Source: Rickettsiaceae bacterium (lineage in GTDB: Bacteria; Pseudomonadota; Alphaproteobacteria; Rickettsiales; Rickettsiaceae). Taken from it: a stretch of 64,000 bases of DNA. Location: NCBI GenBank assembly GCA_965233855.1, contig OZ247586.1:788835-852834 (forward strand), given 5' to 3'. The notes under the pieces were generated by a model, which ran no database searches, was not told the DNA's origin, and saw only the letters and a list, made by a program, of their open reading frames with translations. This document shows, piece by piece, positions 48,531 to 58,331 of the stretch (positions within the stretch are counted from its first letter, which is position 1; the number at the start of each line of letters is the position of its first letter). Made by a program: the position numbers and the translations under genes.

Positions 48531-49851
48531 CAAAGTTCCTCCTATTTATATAGAGGACATGCAAGATGAATATGAACATCTTGCAAAAGAACTAGTAAAA
48601 TCTGGCAAACTTAGAATTGATACAGACTATTACTGCAATTTTGTTAGATTTTCAGATCCCAATTCTAGTATTAATATTTTCTTTAGCCATGAAGAACTAA
48701 CAAACCCAGAGCTAATCAAAGCTTCAAAAGATAATATACGCAGAGTTTATAATAAAAACAACAAACCAATTTCAAACAAAAAATTATCCTCAATAATGAT
48801 AGACTTAAATAAAAAAGTCGGCAAATTATTGATGGTAAGCGACGAACTCAAAATGCAATTAGCGCGTGTTTTTGTTCAATCCGCACACCCTATTGTTATT
48901 AGGTGGATATTGCTAGATAAGGTTGAAGTATTTATCACTTATTCGAATAGTATCGGTGATGTAATGGACATCGCCACATGGAAAACATCAGGAAATAATA
49001 GCGGCATGCAAAGTACTGATGGACGCAATGTATGTATATATGTTTCTTGTGGTGGTGATCCATTTGCAAAAAACAACGAAACAAATCCTACATATGGCAA
49101 TGGGTGGGCAGCTTTAGCACGCTTGCAAATTATTGCTGGCCAGGAAATTGGCCATTTTGCTGATATAAAGAGAGATCATAGCGGCAAACAAATATCTAGA
49201 CACTCAGCAAATTTTGCCTGCACGCAAGCTGCTCCGCACGTAAAAAAAGCCAGGCATAATGATATTGAAAGATGCAAAGCTCTGAATAAAACTTTGTTGA
49301 AATGCGGAATGAAGAGATTAGTAAAAATCGAGGATAAGCTACAGTTTTATGATAAACAAAAATTATCTGGAACACGCGTCTGGTGGTTAAAACTTTTTGC
49401 AAAATATTATAGAAACAAATTATTAAAAGCTTGCCAAAAAAGAAAACTATTCTTTGTAAAAAAATTTGATAGAGAAAAATTTATGGGTCTTTCACTTGCA
49501 GCAATGATCAGTGATATGCAATCACACCTATCGCCTATTGCAGAAGTCTATAAAAGAGAAGATCCAGAAGCTGAAGAAGCTATCAGCTGCGTTGAAGCGC
49601 TAGCTAGAGTTCCACAGCAAGTTAATAAATGGGGCTATTTAACCACTCGAGCTACCATGCATGATTTATATAAAGTGTACTATAACGAAGTAATCCCATC
49701 ATTAATTGAGAATTATCAACACTTAACGAAAACTAGGTACAAACGAAACTATAATATTCCTAAAACTAGCATCATCAAAAGAATTTTAACTAAATTAAAA
49801 ATAGTTGGCAGAAAAGATAAATTTGAATTTGAAGAAGTTCGAGATGTTTAA
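48505..49851 (+). CDS. Hypothetical 448-aa protein with a zincin-like QEIGH segment
   Basis: Long ORF with normal local codon style, overlapping the upstream gene by 26 nt (alternative start MQDEYEHL at 48559). It contains IIAGQEIGHFADIKRDH. I cannot name a family. Confidence 0.6.
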   Translation: MTSIYHILDKVPPIYIEDMQDEYEHLAKELVKSGKLRIDTDYYCNFVRFSDPNSSINIFFSHEELTNPELIKASKDNIRRVYNKNNKPISNKKLSSIMIDLNKKVGKLLMVSDELKMQLARVFVQSAHPIVIRWILLDKVEVFITYSNSIGDVMDIATWKTSGNNSGMQSTDGRNVCIYVSCGGDPFAKNNETNPTYGNGWAALARLQIIAGQEIGHFADIKRDHSGKQISRHSANFACTQAAPHVKKARHNDIERCKALNKTLLKCGMKRLVKIEDKLQFYDKQKLSGTRVWWLKLFAKYYRNKLLKACQKRKLFFVKKFDREKFMGLSLAAMISDMQSHLSPIAEVYKREDPEAEEAISCVEALARVPQQVNKWGYLTTRATMHDLYKVYYNEVIPSLIENYQHLTKTRYKRNYNIPKTSIIKRILTKLKIVGRKDKFEFEEVRDV

Positions 49852-49873
49852 AAACAACTAGGAAGCATTACCG

Positions 49874-50005
49874 GATTCCGGATCTGCGTCCGGAATGAAA
49901 ACGATGTTGCCACACTCACCAGTGTCATCCTCGCGCATGCGGGGATCCAGAGATGGAGAACGAGAAAGGAGCTTGAACCTTATTTACTAAATATGTGAAT
50001 CAATT
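49874..50005. repeat. Palindromic-element junction: 3' hairpin of one unit followed by the 5' hairpin and central part of a second unit
   Basis: GATTCCGGATctgcgTCCGGAATGA (49874-98) matches 58742-58766. CAGTGTCATCCTCGCGCATGCGGGGATCCAG (49920-50) matches 58647-77 with one difference. The downstream agatggagaacgagaaaggagcttgaaccttatttactaa resembles 58678-58720. Confidence 0.7.
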
Positions 50006-50015
50006 GGAACTTTAT

Positions 50016-50048
50016 AAAAAAAGGCCGAGATGAGTTAACATCTCGACC
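50016..50048 (-). terminator. Rho-independent terminator of the flagellin-like gene
   Basis: Minus strand reads ggtcgagatg-ttaact-catctcggcc (10-bp stem, one G:U pair) followed by TTTTTTT. It lies 46 nt after the stop. Confidence 0.8.
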
Positions 50049-50093
50049 TTTCCTAAAATCATTAACTATAATGATAGTTTAGACTAGTATAAA

Positions 50094-51290
50094 TTATCTA
50101 GCTAAAGCATCAATTAGTCTTTGAGCAGCTTCTGGAATCTTATTAGCAGCTTGCAACGAAGTAATAGATGCAACCATAGTTCTAATAGTTTCAGAATATT
50201 GCTGTGCAGTTAAAACATAATCTGTTTTCAAATATGAATCAGCAGCTTTTTGAGTTACGTTTGTTGTAGCTCTTAGCGCATCAGCAGCTTCGATAACATT
50301 TGATTTCTGGTTAGAAATAGAAGCCTGCTCACCACGAATTGAACTAAGCGCATTTGTAAATACATCTTGTGCAAGAACACGTTTTTCTTCATTTCCAGCC
50401 ACTGAAATATCAGTTGCTGCATTATCAGCAAGTACTAACAAAACATTAGCTCTATCAGCAGTAATAGCATTTGTAATATCAGCAACAAGCGCATCTGTAA
50501 AAGTTTCACCAGCATTTGCAGTATCGATATTAGCTAATGCAGCTGGTAGAGCTTTATTTAATAATTCTGTTACGCTTGTATCTGTGGCTCTTAAAGCAAC
50601 AATAGCTGCAGCTAATTCACCATCAGTCATAGCAGCACCACCAGTACCTGAACCACCTGCATTATTTAGCCCTGATAGTACAAGATTTGTATTATCAGCA
50701 ACATCTGTTGCGATCTCAGAAGCATTAGCATAGTATGTTGATGAAGCTACACCAGTAGTTTTAATATAATCATTTAGTTTTGTAGTCACAGAAGATCTAA
50801 ACAATTTTCCAGACGCAATATCGGAAACAGATAATACCAACTTATCAGTTATAGATAGACCAACTTGAACATCAACTGTTGAAGCGCCGCCACCTAGTAA
50901 AGCTTTTCCATCAAAATCAGCTGTTTTAATAAGAAGATCTACTTGAGCTTTTTTATCATTTAAATTGCTTTGAAGAACAGCTAGCTTATCTGCAGATAAA
51001 GGTCCTGCACTTCCAATTACTTTTAAACCTTCTTGTAGTGATGAAGAAACTGTCTTTAGATACTCATCAGTAATTGTTAGCATGTTAATACTATAAGCAG
51101 TATTCTTAGCGATCGCACCAAGAATAATTTCACTATCTCTTAAAGAGTTACCTAGGAAACCATCAACAACTTCAACGAACTTATCGTTACCTGTTGTCAA
51201 ACTTTCACCTAGACCACTTGCAGTTCTACTAGCAGCGTCAACTTCACGTGCCACTGTTCCTGTTAAGTCATTTCCCAATGTTAATGCCAT
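50094..51290 (-). CDS. Divergent flagellin-family protein (FliC/Fla-like; FlgL not excluded)
   Basis: 398 aa with no Cys or Trp and an Ala/Thr/Ser/Asn/Leu-rich composition. N-terminal MAL..., an ...ADFDGKALLGGG block at the position of the flagellin ND1 F.G..LL.G block, and a C-terminal IRGEQASISNQ...LQAANKIPEAAQRLIDALAR resembling the flagellin CD0 end. Confidence 0.55.
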   Translation of the reverse strand: MALTLGNDLTGTVAREVDAASRTASGLGESLTTGNDKFVEVVDGFLGNSLRDSEIILGAIAKNTAYSINMLTITDEYLKTVSSSLQEGLKVIGSAGPLSADKLAVLQSNLNDKKAQVDLLIKTADFDGKALLGGGASTVDVQVGLSITDKLVLSVSDIASGKLFRSSVTTKLNDYIKTTGVASSTYYANASEIATDVADNTNLVLSGLNNAGGSGTGGAAMTDGELAAAIVALRATDTSVTELLNKALPAALANIDTANAGETFTDALVADITNAITADRANVLLVLADNAATDISVAGNEEKRVLAQDVFTNALSSIRGEQASISNQKSNVIEAADALRATTNVTQKAADSYLKTDYVLTAQQYSETIRTMVASITSLQAANKIPEAAQRLIDALAR

Positions 51291-51674
51291 TATTATTTAC
51301 CTGTTTTAATTATTTTAGTTTAATGTAGATTAAATTACACAAAAATCTACACCCCTAGTTCACATTTAAACATCTACCTTGAACTAATACGTAAGATTAT
51401 ACAATATTTTATAATCAAAGTCCAACATAGAAGTCTAAATAATCAGCCGATGGATAAACTATTTTATGCCCAAAAGCCTTGGTTTATAGTAAGCAATAAC
51501 CATGCCATTTTAAACAAAGATTAATAAAATTATGTATAATTTAATAATTAAAAACCGCCCTCCTCAAATTAAGTTTTATTAAAGCGTCCCACTCTAAAAC
51601 ATTTAAAAATAACTTGAATTTATACTTGCGAGGGATGAAAAACTAATATATATTACGTTTGCTTTGCAGTATAT

Positions 51675-51752
51675 GGGGGTGTAGCTCAGTTGGTTTAGAG
51701 TATCTGCCTGTCACGCAGAGGGTCGCGGGTTCGAGTCCCGTCACTCCCGCCA
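51675..51752 (+). tRNA. tRNA-Asp (GTC), CCA encoded
   Basis: GGGGGTGTAGCTCAGTTGGTTTAGAGTATCTGCCTGTCACGCAGAGGGTCGCGGGTTCGAGTCCCGTCACTCCCGCCA. Anticodon loop CTGTCAC. The T-arm is identical to that of E. coli tRNA-Asp. Confidence 0.93.
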
Positions 51753-51793
51753 TATACCAAAGCAATTCAAGAAATAATTCCAAAATTATCCAT

Positions 51794-52237
51794 ATGACCA
51801 TTGTAAAAATCAAAAAACTAGAAAATGCTGGCGACTTGCCAATGCCTCATTATGCAACAGAGCAAAGTGCTGGCCTGGATCTTTCAGCAGCAATCGAGAA
51901 TGATATAATTATTAAATCAGGAGAAGTAGCGATCATACCAACAGGTATAGCACTAGCACTTCCAGTCGGCACAGAAGCGCAAATCAGGCCAAGATCTGGG
52001 CTAGCTGCAAAACATAGTATCACAGTACTAAACTCCCCAGGAACAATTGATGCGGATTATCGCGGTGAAGTTAAAGCCATATTAATCAACCATAGTAGCG
52101 AAGATTTTACAATCACACATGGAATGCGTATTGCTCAAATGGTGATTGCAAAATACGAACATGTAACATTTGATGAAGTTGAATTACTAGAAGAGACCCA
52201 GCGTGGATCCGGAGGCTTTGGCTCAACAGGAAAATAA
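51794..52237 (+). CDS. dut: dUTP diphosphatase
   Basis: [23 protein letters not shown] and [10 protein letters not shown] motifs. The ATG at 51794 is used because the ORF-track start at 51659 runs through tRNA-Asp. Confidence 0.93.
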   Translation: MTIVKIKKLENAGDLPMPHYATEQSAGLDLSAAIENDIIIKSGEVAIIPTGIALALPVGTEAQIRPRSGLAAKHSITVLNSPGTIDADYRGEVKAILINHSSEDFTITHGMRIAQMVIAKYEHVTFDEVELLEETQRGSGGFGSTGK

Positions 52238-52548
52238 ATACCCAAGACGCGCTCAATTTACTTAATACAACATACTTATTCTGCACTGGAATCAATTGTA
52301 ACAAAAGCACTAACATCTTCATCCACCTTAGCAGAATCCGAAAGATAACTTAGTTTATAGTTACAAAAGTTTAAAGGATCACTTGATGCATTTGCACTAG
52401 TATTATTATGCACTGAATTATATAATTTATCATATAAGGCAATCGGCACTTCATTACCAACTATATCAAGACCTTGAATAATAGATAAATAAGCACCTTC
52501 ATAAATAGAAAAAAGTCACTTGCTCAGGAGGCAATTTAATATAGGAAA

Positions 52549-52941
52549 TTACTTCTTGAGCAACTTCTCAACTAAAATTGTATTTTGAGATCCTTCATCG
52601 AAATAAAAACGGATTTCCGGGGAATATTTTAGATTTACCTGGCGGGTAACATAGTTTCTTATTATATATTGCGACTCTTCCAAGGCCTCAAGCAGCTGTT
52701 CAACAGAAAGATTAGTGTTAAATGGCACAAAAAAACAATTTGCAACACGTAAATCTGGACTAATATTAACCTCGACAACACTCACAGGAGAACCATCAAG
52801 ACGAGGATCTAACTTACCCTCTCTTCTAAAGCATCCAACAAGACTCGAATGAATCGTTTGCGCTACTTTTAACTGCCTTTGTGATTGCTCCTTATGACGA
52901 GTATTTAATTTATAATTTTTGCTGTTCTTCGACAATTTCAA
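52549..52941 (-). CDS. rbfA: Ribosome-binding factor A
   Basis: [14 protein letters not shown]... and P.IRFYFDEG blocks. Last gene of rimP-nusA-infB-rbfA. Overlaps infB by 32 nt. Confidence 0.85.
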   Translation of the reverse strand: MKLSKNSKNYKLNTRHKEQSQRQLKVAQTIHSSLVGCFRREGKLDPRLDGSPVSVVEVNISPDLRVANCFFVPFNTNLSVEQLLEALEESQYIIRNYVTRQVNLKYSPEIRFYFDEGSQNTILVEKLLKK

Positions 52942-55297
52942 ACACCTCTACAGAATCATCAACCTTAATATCATCATAATTTTCAAATGCAATACCACAC
53001 TCAAACCCTTCACGAACTTCTTTTACATCTTCTTTAAAGCGCTTCAAAGTCTTAAGTTTACCTTCATGAATCACAATATTATCACGAAGCAACCTAACAC
53101 CAGCCCCTCTCTTAATAATGCCTTTTGTAACATAGCTACCAGCTACTTTACCAACTTTTGAAACATTAAAGACTTCACGAATATCAACTGATCCAATATA
53201 TTCTTCACGAATAATTGGAGATAGCATACCACTCATTATAGCTTTAATATCATCAATAAGATTATAGATTATTGAATAATATCTTATATCAACCTTATTA
53301 TTATCAGCATCAGAAGCAGCCGCATTATTCGCTCGAACATTAAAACCAAGAATTATCGCCCCAGAAGCTGTAGCTAATGTAACATCAGATTCTGAAATAC
53401 TACCAACCGCACTATGCAGAACTTTTAGTTTAACTTCATCACTCTCAATTTTGCCCAAGCTAGTAATGATCGCTTCAATCGAACCATGCACATCACCTTT
53501 AATAATAATAGGCAACTCTTTGATTTTGCCTTCACCAGAGGCCTTTAAGAATAAATCCTCTAAGCTAGTTTTTGATGCTGTTACCTGCAAATCACGAGCC
53601 TTACGCTGCCTGTAGTCAACAATATCTCTTGCCTGTTTATCAGTTTCTGCAACATTAAATACATCACCAGCAGATGGAGCATCATTTAAACCATAAACCT
53701 CAACTGCAACCGATGGACCAGCTTCTGCAATTGTACGACCTTTATCGTTACATAACCTTCTAACTCGACCATAAGAATTACCAGCAATAATTACATCGCC
53801 CTTTTTCAAAGTACCTTTTTGAACAATAATAGTCGCAACGACTCCACGAGATACATCAACTTTTGACTCAACAACAACTCCAGTTGCTGCAGCTTCCGGA
53901 TTAGCCTTCAATTCTTGCATTTCAGCCACTAGAAGAATTGCCTCTTCAAGCTTATCTAAATTTTGTCTTTCCTTAGCAGAAACCCCAACTGTTATAATAT
54001 CACCACCTAAATCTTCAGGCACTAATTCATGACTTAACAATTCAGTTTTAACCCGATCAACATCAGCTTCAGGCTTATCTATTTTATTAATCGCAACAAT
54101 AATTGGTACTTCAGCTGCTTTCGCATGACTAATAGCTTCAATTGTTTGTGCTTTTATTCCATCATCAGCAGCAACAACAAGAACCACAATATCTGTAGCT
54201 TGCGCACCGCGCGTACGCATTTCTGTAAATGCTTCGTGTCCAGGAGTATCAATAAAAGTAATCATACGATTATCAGATATCGTTACTGTATACGCACCAA
54301 TATGCTGCGTAATACCACCAGCTTCACCAGCAACAATATCAGTAGCTTTTAATGCATCAAGAAGCGATGTTTTACCATGATCAACGTGCCCCATAACAGT
54401 AACAATCGGAGCTCTTGGCTTTAAATCTTCTGGTAAATCACTTTTATTTTGAAGCACATCTTCAATATCAGATTCTTTTACTCTCTTCACGCTATGACCA
54501 AATGAAGTAGCAATCAGCTCAGCTGTATCCGCATCAATTGACTGAGTACTAGTGGCCATCACACCCATTTTCATCAATTCACGAGTAACATCTGCAGCGC
54601 GCTCAGTCATACGATTAGATAGCTCTGCAACAGTAATCACTTCAGGTAAAATCACTTCACGATATACTTTTTCAGCTTTTACACCATCATTCTTTCTTTT
54701 CTCTTTAGCCCTAGCCCTTTTAATAGAAGCTAAAGAACGAGTTTTAAACGGAGCACTACCTGAATCTTCTTCAAGCATGTGTATAATGTCTGACTTCTTA
54801 AGCTTCTTAGGCTCAATACTTTTTGGCTTTGCTGGAGCTGTTTTTTCTTCTTCCGGCTTTTCTTTTTGCGTATTGATAATTGGAGCTGGAGATAATTTCT
54901 TAGCATGCTCTTTTCTAGATGATGGAACCTTTTCAATTCCAGTAGTTTCATCAACTGGCGCTGCAACCTCTAAACTTTCATCAATCTCCGGCTCTTGATT
55001 CATTTCAGCCAATTTACTTAAGCTACTGATCTGACCTGCCTCATCTTCAATATCATCCACCTTTGATCTCTTAAGAGCAGCCATTCTTCTATCGTCTTGC
55101 TCAACATTTGTCGCATGTCCACCAGACTTGTTTAACGACAAACCACCACCCGTAGCTTTACCGCGCTTTACTTCAACAACTATAGATCCAGAACCACCCA
55201 AAGTTTTTGCAACCTTTTTAGAATAGTTACCTAAACTAAGCTTTGAACCACCTAGCGTCAGTTTCTTTGCCTTTTTTTCTTCTTGGTTATCTGTCAT
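52910..55297 (-). CDS. infB: Translation initiation factor IF-2
   Basis: G-domain [28 protein letters not shown]. 795 aa. Confidence 0.97.
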   Translation of the reverse strand: MTDNQEEKKAKKLTLGGSKLSLGNYSKKVAKTLGGSGSIVVEVKRGKATGGGLSLNKSGGHATNVEQDDRRMAALKRSKVDDIEDEAGQISSLSKLAEMNQEPEIDESLEVAAPVDETTGIEKVPSSRKEHAKKLSPAPIINTQKEKPEEEKTAPAKPKSIEPKKLKKSDIIHMLEEDSGSAPFKTRSLASIKRARAKEKRKNDGVKAEKVYREVILPEVITVAELSNRMTERAADVTRELMKMGVMATSTQSIDADTAELIATSFGHSVKRVKESDIEDVLQNKSDLPEDLKPRAPIVTVMGHVDHGKTSLLDALKATDIVAGEAGGITQHIGAYTVTISDNRMITFIDTPGHEAFTEMRTRGAQATDIVVLVVAADDGIKAQTIEAISHAKAAEVPIIVAINKIDKPEADVDRVKTELLSHELVPEDLGGDIITVGVSAKERQNLDKLEEAILLVAEMQELKANPEAAATGVVVESKVDVSRGVVATIIVQKGTLKKGDVIIAGNSYGRVRRLCNDKGRTIAEAGPSVAVEVYGLNDAPSAGDVFNVAETDKQARDIVDYRQRKARDLQVTASKTSLEDLFLKASGEGKIKELPIIIKGDVHGSIEAIITSLGKIESDEVKLKVLHSAVGSISESDVTLATASGAIILGFNVRANNAAASDADNNKVDIRYYSIIYNLIDDIKAIMSGMLSPIIREEYIGSVDIREVFNVSKVGKVAGSYVTKGIIKRGAGVRLLRDNIVIHEGKLKTLKRFKEDVKEVREGFECGIAFENYDDIKVDDSVEVFEIVEEQQKL

Positions 55298-55346
55298 GTA
55301 CTCTTTTTCTAAATAATTGTCTTATAAACTTAATAACAGAATAATA

Positions 55347-56852
55347 TTAATCCTGCTCACCTTCTTGATTTTGCTCTTTTGCAAAACTAATTGAAGCTTC
55401 AATATTTTCTGAACTAATCACAGCCTCTGGAACAATACTTCTAAACTCAGTAAATGTAACTTCGCCTAAATCTTCAATTGTTTTTACACCAAATTCCGCA
55501 AGTTTCAAAATATATTCTGGTGGAAGGTCTAATGAATCTAAAAGTTCTTGCTCAACACCAAGACTCTCCAAGCTCTCAATAATATCATCATTTTGCTTCT
55601 CAAGATAAGTTATAGCACGCTTTTTAAGCTCTTCAACTAATTCTGCATTAAATCCTTCAATTGACTCTAATGCATTATCTTCAGCATAAGCTATTTGCTC
55701 TATAGTCATATAGCCTTCTACTGATAATAATTGAGCTACAACCTCTTCTATGCCTAAATTACCTACAAATAGCTCTGTTGTATTAGCAAACTCTTCGCTT
55801 CTTCTTTTTGATTCTTGCTCTTCAGTCATAACATCGATTGCCCAGCCAGTGATTTTGGATGCGAGGCGTACATTCTGCCCTCTTCTTCCAATTGCCATAC
55901 TTAACTGATCATCTGGAACAACAGCTTCTACTCTCCCTTTTTCTTCATCAAAAACAATCTTCGCAATCTCAGCTGGTGTCATAGCATTAATAACAAATTG
56001 AGCTACATTCTTATCCCAATTTATAACATCAATTTTTTCACCACCAAGCTCAGTAGTAATAGATCTCACTCTGCTACCCCTAACACCAACACATGATCCA
56101 ACCGGATCAATTGAAACATCTGCTGCAACAACAGCTATCTTTGCTTTTGAACCAGGTTCTCTTGCTATCGCCTTAATTTCAATGATATTATCATATATTT
56201 CCGGCACTTCCATTTCAAATAGCTTTCTTAAAAAGTCATCATCTGTTCTTGAAAGAAAAATTTGTGGACCTTTAGGCTCTTGACGTACATCTTGAACAAA
56301 TGCCTTAATCCTATCGCCAACTTGGAACATTTCACCTCTAATCTGCTGATTACGACGCAATATCGCTTCTGCTCTACCCACATCAACAATAATATTTCCA
56401 AATTCGATTCGTTTAACCGTACCATTAAGTATATCTCCTTTACGATCTTTATAATCCTGATACTGACGCTCTCGCTCTACTTCACCAACTTTCTGAACAA
56501 TCACTTGCTTTGCCGTTTGTGCTGCAACCCTACCAAGATCAATCGGAGGAAGTGGTTCAAGAATTTCTTCTCCCAATTTTGCATCTGGTCTGATTGCTAT
56601 TGCATCTTCAAGCAATATTTGCTGCACAACATTATCAACAGCTTCTACGATTTCTCTAACTCTAAACAAACTAATTTTACCAGTGTTTTGATCAATCTGC
56701 GCACTAATATTTTGCTCCAGACCATATTTCTTACGCCCGGCTATTTGCACAGCTTGTTCCATTGCTTCAATCAAGCTAGCTTTAGGAATACCACGCTCCC
56801 TAGACACCGCATCTACAATTTGTAAAATTTCAGCTTTACCAAAATTATCCAT
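55347..56852 (-). CDS. nusA: Transcription termination/antitermination factor NusA
   Basis: N-terminal domain, S1 and two KH domains (GSRVRSIT..LGGEKIDV, GRRGQNVRLAS), plus C-terminal acidic repeats. Confidence 0.96.
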   Translation of the reverse strand: MDNFGKAEILQIVDAVSRERGIPKASLIEAMEQAVQIAGRKKYGLEQNISAQIDQNTGKISLFRVREIVEAVDNVVQQILLEDAIAIRPDAKLGEEILEPLPPIDLGRVAAQTAKQVIVQKVGEVERERQYQDYKDRKGDILNGTVKRIEFGNIIVDVGRAEAILRRNQQIRGEMFQVGDRIKAFVQDVRQEPKGPQIFLSRTDDDFLRKLFEMEVPEIYDNIIEIKAIAREPGSKAKIAVVAADVSIDPVGSCVGVRGSRVRSITTELGGEKIDVINWDKNVAQFVINAMTPAEIAKIVFDEEKGRVEAVVPDDQLSMAIGRRGQNVRLASKITGWAIDVMTEEQESKRRSEEFANTTELFVGNLGIEEVVAQLLSVEGYMTIEQIAYAEDNALESIEGFNAELVEELKKRAITYLEKQNDDIIESLESLGVEQELLDSLDLPPEYILKLAEFGVKTIEDLGEVTFTEFRSIVPEAVISSENIEASISFAKEQNQEGEQD

Positions 56853-56876
56853 ATTAAATCTCTCTATATTTTGAAT

Positions 56877-57371
56877 TTATTTTTTCTTATTTTTATTCAG
56901 TAATTCTCTAAACATTTCGTCAGTAAGCACTAAATTTGCTCTTTTGATATTTTCAAAATCAAATTTAAGCTCTACATTTTTAGACTGCAATTTTATTTTT
57001 TCTTCTTCTACGCCAAGTAATTTCCCTCTAAAAGATAAATTACCATTATGCGCTTCTTTCAATCGTATCTTCACCTCTGAATCCGCATATCTTACAAAAT
57101 CCTGTAATTTCACAAGAGGCCGCTCCAAACCAGCCGAAGAAACTTCTAAAAAATACTTGCCAGAAATAACATCTTCAACATCTAATATTGCTGATATATT
57201 ACGGCTAACTAGCTGACACTCACCTACTTCTATCTTTTTTCCGTCAAGCCTTTCAATAAATATCTCGACCACTTTATTTGCCAAACCATTTATTGCAATC
57301 TTCACGATACCAAAACCCAGATCATTTACTGTGGTTTCAATTAATTCTGCTATTTTTCTTTCCATATCCAC
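56877..57371 (-). CDS. rimP: Ribosome maturation factor RimP
   Basis: 164 aa with the LEVSSAGLERPL block. Immediately upstream of nusA. Confidence 0.88.
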   Translation of the reverse strand: MDMERKIAELIETTVNDLGFGIVKIAINGLANKVVEIFIERLDGKKIEVGECQLVSRNISAILDVEDVISGKYFLEVSSAGLERPLVKLQDFVRYADSEVKIRLKEAHNGNLSFRGKLLGVEEEKIKLQSKNVELKFDFENIKRANLVLTDEMFRELLNKNKKK

Positions 57372-57486
57372 GCTGTAAAAAAAGGCAGATCTCCTCTTCG
57401 GAAACCCACCTTAAATAAATCTTATTATCTAATGAATATAAGAATATAGTATTACAACTATAATTTCAACAACAAAAAACACACTC

Positions 57487-57741
57487 CTAGTAATGATAGC
57501 GACATTGGAGAATATAAACACTATTATTCTTCACAGCATACACCAATCTATGCTCATTTGATATTCTTCTTGACCAGAATCCTGATAGATTATGCTTTAA
57601 AGCCTCAGGCTTTCCAATACCAGAAAAAGACTCTCTTGCAACTTCTTTCAATAATTTATTAGTTCGTTCAACCGTCTTTTTATCATTCTTCTGAAAAAAA
57701 ACATAATCTTCAAAGGCATTTTTATGAAAACAAATATCCAT
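57487..57741 (-). CDS. yoeB: YoeB/Txe-family type II toxin (mRNA interferase)
   Basis: 84 aa: GKPEALKHNLSGFWSRRISNEHRLVY......V.IL.CRYHY, the canonical YoeB C-terminus. Confidence 0.9.
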   Translation of the reverse strand: MDICFHKNAFEDYVFFQKNDKKTVERTNKLLKEVARESFSGIGKPEALKHNLSGFWSRRISNEHRLVYAVKNNSVYILQCRYHY

Positions 57742-57989
57742 TAGATATCTATTTTTTTATAGTTATCACCGGATTTAAAATCCGCCACTGCTTGATTTAA
57801 TCTTTCAGCATTCTTAGGGCTTTGAAGCAAATATGCAGTTTCAGTTAAAGCATTATAATCCTCAAGAGACATAACAACTACAGAAGGATGCTTTTGCCTT
57901 GTAATAATCACTGGATCATGATCTTGACATACATTATTCATCACATCTGATAGTTGATTACGTACTTTTGTATACGATAAAGCTTCCAT
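57741..57989 (-). CDS. yefM: YefM/Phd-family type II antitoxin
   Basis: 82 aa: SYTKVRNQLSDVMNNV..DHDPVIITRQ....VVMSLEDYNALTETAYLL. 1-nt overlap with yoeB. Confidence 0.9.
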   Translation of the reverse strand: MEALSYTKVRNQLSDVMNNVCQDHDPVIITRQKHPSVVVMSLEDYNALTETAYLLQSPKNAERLNQAVADFKSGDNYKKIDI

Positions 57990-58070
57990 TATTTATAGCT
58001 CCGCACTAATTTATATGTACATATTATTGTCAATAATTTACTCAATACCATTGTGAACATACAAAATAAT

Positions 58071-58331
58071 CTATGCTTTTCTTAAATCAATATACTCATC
58101 ACGCAGCATTAATTCTTTTAGAGTAACATCCAACGATTTTGCAATCCTTGCTATCATCTCAATTCTGATTTCATTTTTACCAATCTCATATCGATCCAAA
58201 AGATCTTCTTTAACACTTAATATTTTAGATAATTTTTTAAGGGTTAGAGCCTTCCCTCTTCTGGCTTCATGAATATTACGGCCAATGCGTCTGCGCTCTA
58301 TGATTAATTGTCTTCTGCTACTTACTATCAT
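58071..58331 (-). CDS. XRE-family helix-turn-helix transcriptional regulator
   Basis: 86 aa: IGRNIHEARRGKALTLKKLSKILSVKEDLLDRYEIGKNEIRIEMIARIAKSLDVTLKEL (HTH_3 pattern). Confidence 0.8.
   Translation of the reverse strand: MIVSSRRQLIIERRRIGRNIHEARRGKALTLKKLSKILSVKEDLLDRYEIGKNEIRIEMIARIAKSLDVTLKELMLRDEYIDLRKA

Noticed and set aside
51291-51480. Sigma-28 or sigma-54 promoter upstream of the flagellin-like gene (a GCCGAT string at about 51446 and a GG..GC pattern near 51470)
   Set aside because: GCCGAT is on the wrong strand for this gene. The GG/GC elements are spaced about 9 nt apart, not the 12 nt of sigma-54 promoters. No defensible promoter call can be made by eye.
51659-51793. N-terminal extension of the dut ORF (track start at a TTG at 51659)
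   Set aside because: The extension is translated straight through tRNA-Asp (51675-51752). The ATG at 51794 gives a normal-length dUTPase.
52276-52515. 80-codon open frame on the minus strand between dut and rbfA (..LFSIYEGAYLSIIQGLDIVGNEVPIALYDKLYNS...VDEDVSAFVTIDSSAE)
   Set aside because: There is no ATG or TTG start; the only start is an internal GTG that would give 57 aa. It is possibly a gene remnant or a small protein, but I found no motif or paralog to support it.
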